In this document: positions 15,371-24,198 of the stretch, piece by piece
How positions within the stretch are numbered: position 1 is the stretch's first letter
Layout: each line of letters opens with the position of its first letter
Source: a virus
Lineage: Duplodnaviria > Caudoviricetes
Reading direction: 5' to 3' (one strand)
DNA length: 34,205 bases
Virus record (IMG/VR): IMGVR_UViG_3300017774_001406
Span: 1-34,205 of that record
Program-made: the position numbers and the translations under genes
The notes under the pieces: generated by a model
Told to the model about the DNA's origin: nothing
Databases searched by the model: none
Seen by the model: only the letters and a program-made list of their open reading frames with translations

Positions 15371-18300
15371 TATGATGAAACGTAAACTACGTATTCTAAT
15401 GTATCCGGAGGTGTGTTAAACACAGCTCGTATTGTATTTATACCTGTTCTTCGTACGGTTGTATAAACCGTCTCTCCGTTACTACCGCTTTCAAATATTG
15501 TCACGTGCACATCACGTGTACCAAAATTATGAGCCATATCAAACGTTGTATCAGTTGTATTACCGATTACAAACGAATCTGACTGATATGTAGTACCACC
15601 ACTAAAGCCTACAGTTAAATAAGAAACATATATCACATATTCAGCTGTAGCGGGAGGTGAATTAAAAATAGTTCGAACTGTATTGCCATCCGGTCGACGA
15701 ATGGTTGGATATACCGATTCGCCATTTGAACCGCTTTGATAAACTGAAACCATCACTTCACGTGAGCCGAATCCGTGCACTACATCCCATGTAGTAGCAG
15801 CTCCATTCCCAATCACAGATGAAGTTGTATAAAGAATATAACCAATACCCCCGCCGCCTCCTCCGCCTAGAGCTGAAGATGCTGTATAAAACAATTGACC
15901 AGTAGTAGTATTGATTGTAACTACATTGGTTTGCGTGGTATCAGTTAATCCTGTTAAGAATGTACTTCCTGATAAACGTGTCGACCCGGTAACTGTTAAA
16001 CCAGATCCGCCCAATAACAATGACCCAGATAATGTAACTAGATTAGAAGTTGAGTTAAATGTAAAATTACTACTACCACTAAATGCAGTACCTCCATCAT
16101 TAAATTGTATCTGTCTATTTGATCCACCTACAATGTTATCGGCTACATCTGCATAATCTACATCTAACGTAATATTACCGACCGTATTATCTTGATTTAA
16201 CCCGTCCCCTGCAGTAATTTGTGTAATAGCAGATGACCCTACTGCGGTAGATGCAGTATAGTAGACTCGACCGGTAGTAGTGTTATACGTTAATAACAGG
16301 TTACCGGTACCGTCATCTTGCGGAAGATTTTCAATATATAATGAAGCACTTTGGGTGCCAGTACCTGTAATACGAAAAGGAGCGTCTGGAGATGTCGATG
16401 ATGACACAGTTAATCCGCGTTTAAAATCATATCCAGTAAACGGTTGTAATGTACCAGCTATCGAAACCCAATTTGCTGCTCCGGAGCCACCTGGAGCTAA
16501 TACTATTATATCACCTGTTCGTAACGGTATTGCTATTAGAGAACCTATAACGCCTTTAGTAGTCGGATTAAATACATCATAAATTTCATTTCCAGCTACG
16601 CTATTTTCAATAACAACATCAATTCTAGAATTTGAACTCACATCGGCTAATTCTATATCATATATAGGATAGTTTAACGCACAATTAATTCTAACTCGAC
16701 GTACAATTTCTCCACCTCGGGAACCATCTAAAACAATTGTATAACCATCCTTAGTGGTAGCACCTATATCAATTTCTTCTTTTAAATAACTACCACTATT
16801 AGCAGCTGTTATAACAGCAGTTTGATCTAGAATAATATTAGCTAATGCAACTCCAGTAAACAAGGCATTTGATGCAGTAACATTACCGTCTGCAGTCAAA
16901 TGAAAATTGCTAGATGATATTTCAATGTTACCATTAGCACCAGAAATAAATTGGTTTTCGCTTCCAAAAAAGAATGTATCAGTACGTACTATAAATACGC
17001 TAGGTGGTCCAGATCGGAATTGTAAGTAACTACCACTATTAGCTACTAGTTCTAATCCTACACCAGTATAATTATCACCAGAATAAGGCAATACCGAACC
17101 CGACCACATCATCCATCCAGATGAACCACTAAGTTCGGGTATAGATGCCGATAAAAATCCTTGGTACCCGACAGATCGTATAAATCCGGAATTTTGGCCG
17201 GACTGCTCAATACCCGAGCCGACCTCATTACTTAGATACACTGATCCGGTTATAAGATTGCTAGTACCTTGTATATAAGTATTATCGCCGTCAAATATAG
17301 CACCGTACGTGATTAGTTCTAAGTCAGCTTTTCTACTTTCATAATCAAAAAACTGAAATTTAAATGTCAATGGCGTACTAGTATGTTCTGCAGGTATACG
17401 TTTAAATATACGTGTGAAGTTAGGAGAAAATCCAGTTTCTTTGTTAGCAATTAATTCTATTTCTGATACGATAAATGATCCGTTACGCGTAACAAATTTT
17501 AGATCGATAGGTTTAGTTTCTAATGCTTTAAATCGCATCGAAACAATGCCTAATGCTTCCGGAATTGGTTTAACTTGATATGTACCAATACGTGTACCTA
17601 ATGGTCCATTATCACAAAATTTTCCTAGTACAGTATTATTAAAATTAGGTACCGGAAATATTTCACCGGCTTGCACGTTAAGTGATTGATTCTGTGTTTG
17701 TACACTTGAGCCTGATATATACACATCTAGTCGATGGTTTGGTATATCAGTATCCGCGCCCATTACACTAGAAGCATTTGTATTATTAGCAATAGTAAAT
17801 TTAACTATATATTCAGTATCTGCATATACAATTGGAAAATAACTAGCAGTACTATCAGAACGTATTGAAAATACAGCTGCTTGGCCAATATTGAATCCAT
17901 CTAACCCTTGCGGACTAACAGCTGTACTATATGACATAGACATTTCAGCACCGCCCATTAAAACAGTATCGTTATATAAAATACCGTTCCATAAATTTAC
18001 AGGTGCGCCGGAACTAGATACACTAGATGTTACCCAGTATTGTCGTATTTCAGCTAAGTCTTCAAATGAACCATATCGTTCATAATCAACACCTACCGAA
18101 ATATTAGTTTCATATGACTCGGTATCAATTAAAACATTTTGTTGTTCTAATATAGTATCACCTAAATCAATAAAATCTCCAAAAAATCCAGACGGCTTAT
18201 ATAACGTTTTAACTTTATATACATCGCCAGTAGCTGGTTCAATATTAGCTAAAATAATATCACCAAAACTAGAACTACGTTGTGTTTGCACAACAGCGGT

Positions 18301-19509
18301 AGGTTGCGTAAAACTAGCGGTAAAATTAACGGATGCGCTTATCGATGTAATGACGTTAGTTATACCGCCTTGGTCAGCTAATTCTACTGCCCATGCTCCA
18401 TATGTATTATCATCTTCATTACGAAATCCTTCAATTTGACTTACTAATGCTGTTGTACTATTAATAACATTTGTTATAGCAAATTTATATGAACCAGATA
18501 ATGGCGTAACTTGTCCGGATAAAACTATACTAAAGAAACTGCCTAATTCGGTTTGTTGTGATTCTGGCCATAATAACCCGTTAGACGTTGGAAATGATAA
18601 TATCGCGCCAGGATTAGCTGTACCGTTTGGTGTTATGTTTGGATTAACAATTTCAATTGTACCTCCGACCATATTACTATTTAATGCAAATCCAGATGTT
18701 TTTAATCTACTACTACCATTTAATGTAATTAATTGTGGTGATGTAGTAGTTGTACTAGTACTAGATTGTAACGTTGCTTGAGTAGGAGATGTATTAAAAA
18801 ACTGAGACCCAAAATTTGGAGTACCGGGCGATGCAAATCCTTCAGCAATCGGAACTAGTTCTGATACTGCATTTGGATTTAGTCCTGTAAATGGATAACC
18901 ATTGCCGCTGCCGCCAATTGGTTCTATACGTACTGTAGCTCCCGTGGAACCGGTTAACTGTGTAAATACATTAAATACTTCTACTGGTTGTAGATATGGT
19001 TGTACTACTTCTGATAATGTTACATATGGGTATTTCGTAAAAATAATTTCTGTATTGTTACGAGCAAATGGAGCTACTGTTACATTACGTCTCCAAATAA
19101 CATTAGGTGTATTTAAATAATTTTCACTATTATAATCTTTACTAAACGTATATCGTTCACCCGTCCCAATATTAAGAAGAGCTCGGCCTGCTAAATATAT
19201 TGTAGCACGTCCCGGAGCTGTATCTGGGTAAATGTAAATAGCTATAACACGTGTACCATCTTTTTCTACATAATTTAATGGTTCATAATATATAGGATCA
19301 CCATTAAAGTCTAATATCTCTATATGAATGTAACTGTTATTTACTAACGTGTCAGGATTAGCTTTTAACTTAATTAAATTTTTACCAGCAGTAAGTCTGT
19401 TAGGAAATTCTACTACATTAAAATAGTCACGTGATATAAGATCGTTATCTATTAAACTATAACTTAAATCTTTAAGACCAATATATCCGACTTTCTTACG
19501 TAACGGCAT
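15370..19509 (-). CDS. Large tail/baseplate structural protein with a fibre-like C-terminal part
   Basis: 1379 aa, beta-rich S/T/G/N composition; GGSNRQIQFNDGGTAFSG fibre-type motif; internal and C-terminal repeats; precedes the adhesin-like genes. Confidence 0.7.
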   Translation of the reverse strand: MPLRKKVGYIGLKDLSYSLIDNDLISRDYFNVVEFPNRLTAGKNLIKLKANPDTLVNNSYIHIEILDFNGDPIYYEPLNYVEKDGTRVIAIYIYPDTAPGRATIYLAGRALLNIGTGERYTFSKDYNSENYLNTPNVIWRRNVTVAPFARNNTEIIFTKYPYVTLSEVVQPYLQPVEVFNVFTQLTGSTGATVRIEPIGGSGNGYPFTGLNPNAVSELVPIAEGFASPGTPNFGSQFFNTSPTQATLQSSTSTTTTSPQLITLNGSSRLKTSGFALNSNMVGGTIEIVNPNITPNGTANPGAILSFPTSNGLLWPESQQTELGSFFSIVLSGQVTPLSGSYKFAITNVINSTTALVSQIEGFRNEDDNTYGAWAVELADQGGITNVITSISASVNFTASFTQPTAVVQTQRSSSFGDIILANIEPATGDVYKVKTLYKPSGFFGDFIDLGDTILEQQNVLIDTESYETNISVGVDYERYGSFEDLAEIRQYWVTSSVSSSGAPVNLWNGILYNDTVLMGGAEMSMSYSTAVSPQGLDGFNIGQAAVFSIRSDSTASYFPIVYADTEYIVKFTIANNTNASSVMGADTDIPNHRLDVYISGSSVQTQNQSLNVQAGEIFPVPNFNNTVLGKFCDNGPLGTRIGTYQVKPIPEALGIVSMRFKALETKPIDLKFVTRNGSFIVSEIELIANKETGFSPNFTRIFKRIPAEHTSTPLTFKFQFFDYESRKADLELITYGAIFDGDNTYIQGTSNLITGSVYLSNEVGSGIEQSGQNSGFIRSVGYQGFLSASIPELSGSSGWMMWSGSVLPYSGDNYTGVGLELVANSGSYLQFRSGPPSVFIVRTDTFFFGSENQFISGANGNIEISSSNFHLTADGNVTASNALFTGVALANIILDQTAVITAANSGSYLKEEIDIGATTKDGYTIVLDGSRGGEIVRRVRINCALNYPIYDIELADVSSNSRIDVVIENSVAGNEIYDVFNPTTKGVIGSLIAIPLRTGDIIVLAPGGSGAANWVSIAGTLQPFTGYDFKRGLTVSSSTSPDAPFRITGTGTQSASLYIENLPQDDGTGNLLLTYNTTTGRVYYTASTAVGSSAITQITAGDGLNQDNTVGNITLDVDYADVADNIVGGSNRQIQFNDGGTAFSGSSNFTFNSTSNLVTLSGSLLLGGSGLTVTGSTRLSGSTFLTGLTDTTQTNVVTINTTTGQLFYTASSALGGGGGGGIGYILYTTSSVIGNGAATTWDVVHGFGSREVMVSVYQSGSNGESVYPTIRRPDGNTVRTIFNSPPATAEYVIYVSYLTVGFSGGTTYQSDSFVIGNTTDTTFDMAHNFGTRDVHVTIFESGSNGETVYTTVRRTGINTIRAVFNTPPDTLEYVVYVSS
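15373..15825 (-). repeat. Two tandem ~70-aa domains at the C-terminus of the 1379-aa protein
   Basis: VIGNGAATTWDVVHGFGSREVMVSVYQSGSNGESVYPTIRR...FNSPPATAEYVIYVS versus VIGNTTDTTFDMAHNFGTRDVHVTIFESGSNGETVYTTVRR...FNTPPDTLEYVVYVS. Confidence 0.9.
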
Positions 19510-19529
19510 TAAGTTTCCTTGACTTTATT

Positions 19530-19537
19530 ATAAATAT
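19530..19537 (-). promoter_or_regulatory. ATATTTAT motif, putative late promoter
   Basis: At the switch from replication genes back to structural genes. Confidence 0.6.
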
Positions 19538-22500
19538 CAAGAAAATTCTATTTTAGAATAACCATGTTCTTTTTTAATTTCGATAAGTTTATCTACAACA
19601 TCACGCATCGCATCTATATGCGAAATACAAAGCACGAATCCAAATTGACTTTTAAGATAATCAAACAGCATATACATACTATTAAGATTATCAGAATCTA
19701 GTACTCCAAATCCTTCATCAATAGCTAAGAAATTAGGTCTAGGTAAACTAGTAACATTAATCAGTGAAGCACGTATTGCTAATGACGAAATAAACTTTTC
19801 CATTCCAGATGTTAATTCTAACGGCCAATAATTATCATCATCGTATACAATATAACCATGTATATTTTTACCATCCGTATTTAAAATCATTGTAAAGTCT
19901 ACAACTTGCGTTAAGATATTATTTATCTCTGCTTCGATTTGTGGTAATGCACGAGCAATTAATTGATATGGTACTCCGTCACGTTTAACAGCTTGTAAAT
20001 AATATTCATATCCTTTATACTGTACTTCTAATTCACTTAATCTATTTATTGCATCCTCAGCCGTTTGTTTTGAACGTTTAGCTATTGATAATTTGCCAGA
20101 CATTTCTACAATTTGAGATTCTAAATCTCGTATTTCTTGTGATACTGAAGTAACTTCCGTACGCAACTCTTCTATTATAGACGACTGTGCTTTATTAAAC
20201 TCGATATCATTTAAACATGCATTAGCCTTTGTCAATAAATCAGTTTCATGAGTTAAACTATTTTGTAATTGAGTTATTTTATTTGATATAGTTTGTAATG
20301 CAGCAGCTGCAGAATTCTTTTTTGTAGCCTTTGTATTTAATTCTCGTTGCAACTCATAATATTTCGAGATCTGTTCTTTTACATCTGTTTCTGTTAAACT
20401 ACGTTCCGTATCACGTAATGATGTAGTTAATGCTATCATTTCATCATGTAATTCTGGTAAACGATTAGCAGCGATCTGTGTATCTTGTAACCACGGATTA
20501 GCTACACAATATTGACAGTTTGGATCCCATTGATGGTTTTCTAATTTAGATAACATCTTACGTGCATGCTCAATTTCATGTTGTTTGAGTTGCATAACAT
20601 TACATAACTCAGATGCTTGATTTTTATAGATATTAAAATTAGAATCTTTTGTATTTAAAGAATCAATATCAATTTGGTCTATCTGTGATACTAATTCTTC
20701 ATATGCAGTCTCTGCATCGAAATAATCTTGTTGTAACGAATCAAATGTTTGATCCGCATTTTTACATTGGCCGTTAAGTGTTTTAATATTAGATTCATGT
20801 ATCGATGGATCTGAAACATTATCTGGTATAGTACGTAATTCTTTTGTTAAATCTAATATTTGTTCATTTAACTCATCACGTAAATTTTCTAACGTACTTT
20901 TTTCATCTGTTAACGAATCATATTTCTTTGTAACATGCTCAATGACTTGCTCCGCCTCTGCTAATGTAGCACTATGATCTAAACGTTTATATTCACGTAT
21001 CAATGCAGATGTATCACGTATATCATCAGATGCTATTTGATATTGTTGTTCGAAAACATTGATATCTAAAAACTGACTTAATAAGTCTTTACGATCTTTT
21101 TGTGATTTATCAATAAAGCCTGTATTATTTGTCTGTAACGATAATGCTGTTAACACAAAGTCTTCATAATCTCCTAGATATTGTCGTATGATTTTATTTG
21201 TATTATCACGTTGATCTCCATTTAATGAAACGTTATTTCCTACATCGTCAACGTAATAAAAATCCACATCAACTTTAACATGTCCATTATTATTTTTACG
21301 ACCATTACGTTCTATGATATAATCAACACCATCCATTTCGAAACAAAATTTAGATTTGAATTGATTCTTTTTGTTATTAAGAACATGTATAGCTTTACCG
21401 GTACGGCTACATTTATCGAAACAACAAAATGCTAATGCATCTAATAATGTAGATTTACCGCTAGCATTAGGAGCAAATAATCCATAAGTACCTGACAATT
21501 GTTCGAAGTCAATATGATTATCTTCGCCGTAACTAAACATGTTACTAAATTCAAACGTTTTAGGAATCCATATTTTATTACGTGTAATATCCGATTCAGA
21601 TAATTTAGAATGCACTGTACGATTAATATGACGTACACAATCTAACATCGTATCATCTAATGCCAATTCATCTGTTAAGTAGTCAGTAATAACTTTATTT
21701 TGCCATTCAACATCTCGTACATTACCGAATGAAATTTTCTTACCAGTGTTAGTAGATGTTAATGCATTAACCTTTTGAATTGTCACATCTTGAACATTGT
21801 ATTGTTTACGTAACTCTGAAACTAATCGTTTTAATACACTAGCATCTGTATCTTTTACTTTTAAACGTAATCTAATTTTCTTAGGTACTTTAGGTAATTG
21901 TGTTATAACTGAACCGTTATCAATTTCTAAAGTACAATACCCATAATCATTATCAATTTCAACGAATTCTGAAGTTTTAGATTTTAGATCCCAAACTAGA
22001 ATACCATGTATTAAACCTTCACCAAAATTTTGTTGAATTAAACTACCAGCGTATGCAATAGTTTTAGAATCATTTAGATATTGCATTTTATGAATATCAC
22101 CTAACAATACTAAATCATGTCCAGCGAAGATATCTGTTGTAACATGTGTATTACTTAATATAATACCTAGATCAGTTTGAGCTGAATTAACAGCTCCGTG
22201 ATGTAAAGCAATTTTATAATCGCCATCGAAATCCGACGATTTAATAAATTGTGACGGTGCATCATACACTGACATAACGTTAAAGTGTACATTGGAAATA
22301 TAATATATACCTGTATCTTTAAGATAGTGTATATTAGTATGATTCAAGGCGTTAACAATAGGAGTAATGGCATCTAAACGACTAGAATTATTTAAGTTGC
22401 AGTCATGATTACCAGTAATAATAATAGTCGGTGCTATATCTGCGAGATTTTTAAAAAAATCTGATACTGTAGCTACTAGCTCTGGTGACATATCAGTCTT

Positions 22501-22683
22501 AGCGTGTACAATATCTCCAGCTACATAAATAATACTATTACTAGTGTATGTCTTACGTATGTACTTATACAGTCGATTAAATACTTGTTCGTATTCTTTA
22601 TGACGTTTAACATTACGTACATGTACGTCTGCAATATGATAGATTTTATCTATCTCTTTGATTCCAATGTCTATAGTGCGCAT
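19537..22683 (-). CDS. Mre11/SbcD nuclease - Rad50/SbcC ATPase fusion (gp47-gp46-like)
   Basis: Phosphoesterase motifs ADVH, GDIVH, GNHD and GDIH; Walker A APNASGKS; coiled coil with CQYC zinc hook; signature TSGMEK; Walker B LAIDEGFGVLD; ISH switch. Confidence 0.93.
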   Translation of the reverse strand: MRTIDIGIKEIDKIYHIADVHVRNVKRHKEYEQVFNRLYKYIRKTYTSNSIIYVAGDIVHAKTDMSPELVATVSDFFKNLADIAPTIIITGNHDCNLNNSSRLDAITPIVNALNHTNIHYLKDTGIYYISNVHFNVMSVYDAPSQFIKSSDFDGDYKIALHHGAVNSAQTDLGIILSNTHVTTDIFAGHDLVLLGDIHKMQYLNDSKTIAYAGSLIQQNFGEGLIHGILVWDLKSKTSEFVEIDNDYGYCTLEIDNGSVITQLPKVPKKIRLRLKVKDTDASVLKRLVSELRKQYNVQDVTIQKVNALTSTNTGKKISFGNVRDVEWQNKVITDYLTDELALDDTMLDCVRHINRTVHSKLSESDITRNKIWIPKTFEFSNMFSYGEDNHIDFEQLSGTYGLFAPNASGKSTLLDALAFCCFDKCSRTGKAIHVLNNKKNQFKSKFCFEMDGVDYIIERNGRKNNNGHVKVDVDFYYVDDVGNNVSLNGDQRDNTNKIIRQYLGDYEDFVLTALSLQTNNTGFIDKSQKDRKDLLSQFLDINVFEQQYQIASDDIRDTSALIREYKRLDHSATLAEAEQVIEHVTKKYDSLTDEKSTLENLRDELNEQILDLTKELRTIPDNVSDPSIHESNIKTLNGQCKNADQTFDSLQQDYFDAETAYEELVSQIDQIDIDSLNTKDSNFNIYKNQASELCNVMQLKQHEIEHARKMLSKLENHQWDPNCQYCVANPWLQDTQIAANRLPELHDEMIALTTSLRDTERSLTETDVKEQISKYYELQRELNTKATKKNSAAAALQTISNKITQLQNSLTHETDLLTKANACLNDIEFNKAQSSIIEELRTEVTSVSQEIRDLESQIVEMSGKLSIAKRSKQTAEDAINRLSELEVQYKGYEYYLQAVKRDGVPYQLIARALPQIEAEINNILTQVVDFTMILNTDGKNIHGYIVYDDDNYWPLELTSGMEKFISSLAIRASLINVTSLPRPNFLAIDEGFGVLDSDNLNSMYMLFDYLKSQFGFVLCISHIDAMRDVVDKLIEIKKEHGYSKIEFS

Positions 22684-23597
22684 AATATTTTTTCTTCCAT
22701 TAATCGTTCCGATGACATAGGAACGGTAATGTTTAATAATTCTTGAATATTTTTAAATCCTAATTCACTAGGATCTTTACCAGTTAAGTCTACAAAGAAT
22801 ACTTCAATACCGTTACTAATAAAGTATGCTGCAGTATCTAATGCTTGTTTTCGGGCATCACGATCTAAACATATGTAAATAGTTTTTACTCGTCTTTCTA
22901 CGATTCGTTTCTTTAAAGTATTAGAAATAGTCTTACCAAATAATGGTATAGCATTTCTACGTATAGCAATTGCATCAAATGCACCTTCTACTAATACAAT
23001 AGGAAGTTCCCAGTTTATATGCAATTCAAATCCAATAATATCTTTAGATACTTTAGGATTCTTATGTTTAAATGAATCTGATTCATAAAATGCTCGAGCT
23101 ACAAAATAATTTAAACTACCATTAGCATCATAACTAGGTATAACGATTTTACCAGAATATTCACCGGATTCACAATAACCTATACGATACTTAAGAATGT
23201 CATGAATTGTAACTCCGCGACGTCTTAGATAATGAACAGCATTACGATAATCAGGAGATCCTTTATCAAATTTCCATAATGGACGATATCCGTTAGGTAA
23301 TGTGACAACGGGAGTATCAGTTGTAGTTTTAGATGGCTTGAATTCAGTCTCATCTAACAACTTGATAATTTGAGATATCTTTTCTCGAGCTACATTTAAT
23401 TTGCGATACAATACAGATATCTTACGACCTGCTGCATTGCATACCCAACAATGCCAATATTGTGTATTTAAATTAATTTCTAATTTAGGCTTGTGGTGAT
23501 GACAAAATGGACAATGAAAAGCTATGTTATCATTATTCGAAGTTCTACCTTTACCTAAAACAGATTCAAGATTAGAGATTATTGATAACTTACTCAT
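22671..23597 (-). CDS. DNA primase (zinc-binding plus TOPRIM domains)
   Basis: CPFC...HCWVC zinc finger; TOPRIM motifs VLVEGAFDA and CLDRDA. Confidence 0.9.
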   Translation of the reverse strand: MSKLSIISNLESVLGKGRTSNNDNIAFHCPFCHHHKPKLEINLNTQYWHCWVCNAAGRKISVLYRKLNVAREKISQIIKLLDETEFKPSKTTTDTPVVTLPNGYRPLWKFDKGSPDYRNAVHYLRRRGVTIHDILKYRIGYCESGEYSGKIVIPSYDANGSLNYFVARAFYESDSFKHKNPKVSKDIIGFELHINWELPIVLVEGAFDAIAIRRNAIPLFGKTISNTLKKRIVERRVKTIYICLDRDARKQALDTAAYFISNGIEVFFVDLTGKDPSELGFKNIQELLNITVPMSSERLMEEKILCAL

Positions 23598-23676
23598 TTA
23601 TTATCTTATTAGCATTGTCATTAACATAACAATGTTTTAATTTCATAAACTCAATTAAAAATTTATTACTATATAT

Positions 23677-23707
23677 TAAATATAATAACAAATTCTCATA
23701 GCTTCAA
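23677..23707 (-). promoter_or_regulatory. Candidate Bacteroidota-type sigma-70 promoter for the primase and Mre11-Rad50 genes
   Basis: Coding strand TTG-N20-TATATTTA, one mismatch from the -33 TTG / -7 TAnnTTTG consensus; the region is AT-rich, so a chance match is possible. Confidence 0.35.
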
Positions 23708-24117
23708 GCCTTTAGCCAACTTTCCGGAACATTTTTTTCTGCCCATAAGATTCCATGTTTATCACAAAATGCTGCATAAGTAGTTTTACTGCCCTTACTA
23801 ATCTTAGTATTAGCTGACTGAAAAATAATACGTATATCTAATTCTGGATGTTGTTCTTTAACTAGTAAATGTTTTTTACGATCCTCTCGTGTCCATCGTC
23901 CTTTAGACTCTAATAGAATACCATTCGGTAATGTCCAGTCAACTGTATATTTAGAATCACGTGCTGGAACGGTATATTTGATAGTAGTGATTTCGTACAT
24001 TGATTTTGCAGGCACTGTAATACTATCAATTTGTTCTGCTATTTTAGCCTCGAAGCCAGACTTATAACCTAACTTTTGTGCGTTTGTACGGGTCTTAGAT
24101 TTACTACGCCATGACAT
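23704..24117 (-). CDS. Holliday junction resolvase, T7 endonuclease I-like
   Basis: GYKSGFE, YTVDWTLPNGILLESKG (PD-(D/E)xK type), KHLLVKEQHPELDIRIIFQ and KGSKTTY closely follow the endonuclease I family. Confidence 0.9.
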   Translation of the reverse strand: MSWRSKSKTRTNAQKLGYKSGFEAKIAEQIDSITVPAKSMYEITTIKYTVPARDSKYTVDWTLPNGILLESKGRWTREDRKKHLLVKEQHPELDIRIIFQSANTKISKGSKTTYAAFCDKHGILWAEKNVPESWLKA

Positions 24118-24189
24118 AACTTATTATTCCTTTTTAAACCATGTTATCAGGAAACCAATTATAATCGTCGAATTCGTTATCCATTTAAT

Positions 24190-24197
24190 ATAAATAT
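24190..24197 (-). promoter_or_regulatory. ATATTTAT motif, putative late promoter
   Basis: Intergenic copy upstream of a 16-aa sORF and the endonuclease gene. Confidence 0.5.
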
Positions 24198-24198
24198 A

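Noticed and set aside
12683-19509. Diversity-generating retroelement or invertible tail-fibre cassette
   Set aside because: No reverse transcriptase, invertase, near-identical template/variable repeat pair or inverted sites seen; the repeats are old protein-level duplications.
21441-21638. 65-aa minus-strand ORF near the Mre11/Rad50 junction, possibly a frameshift product
   Set aside because: Out of frame inside an intact gene; no slippery site or motif recognised.
23590-23646. 18-aa ORF MKLKHCYVNDNANKIINE overlapping the primase start
   Set aside because: No ribosome-binding context or compositional support; expected by chance in AT-rich DNA.
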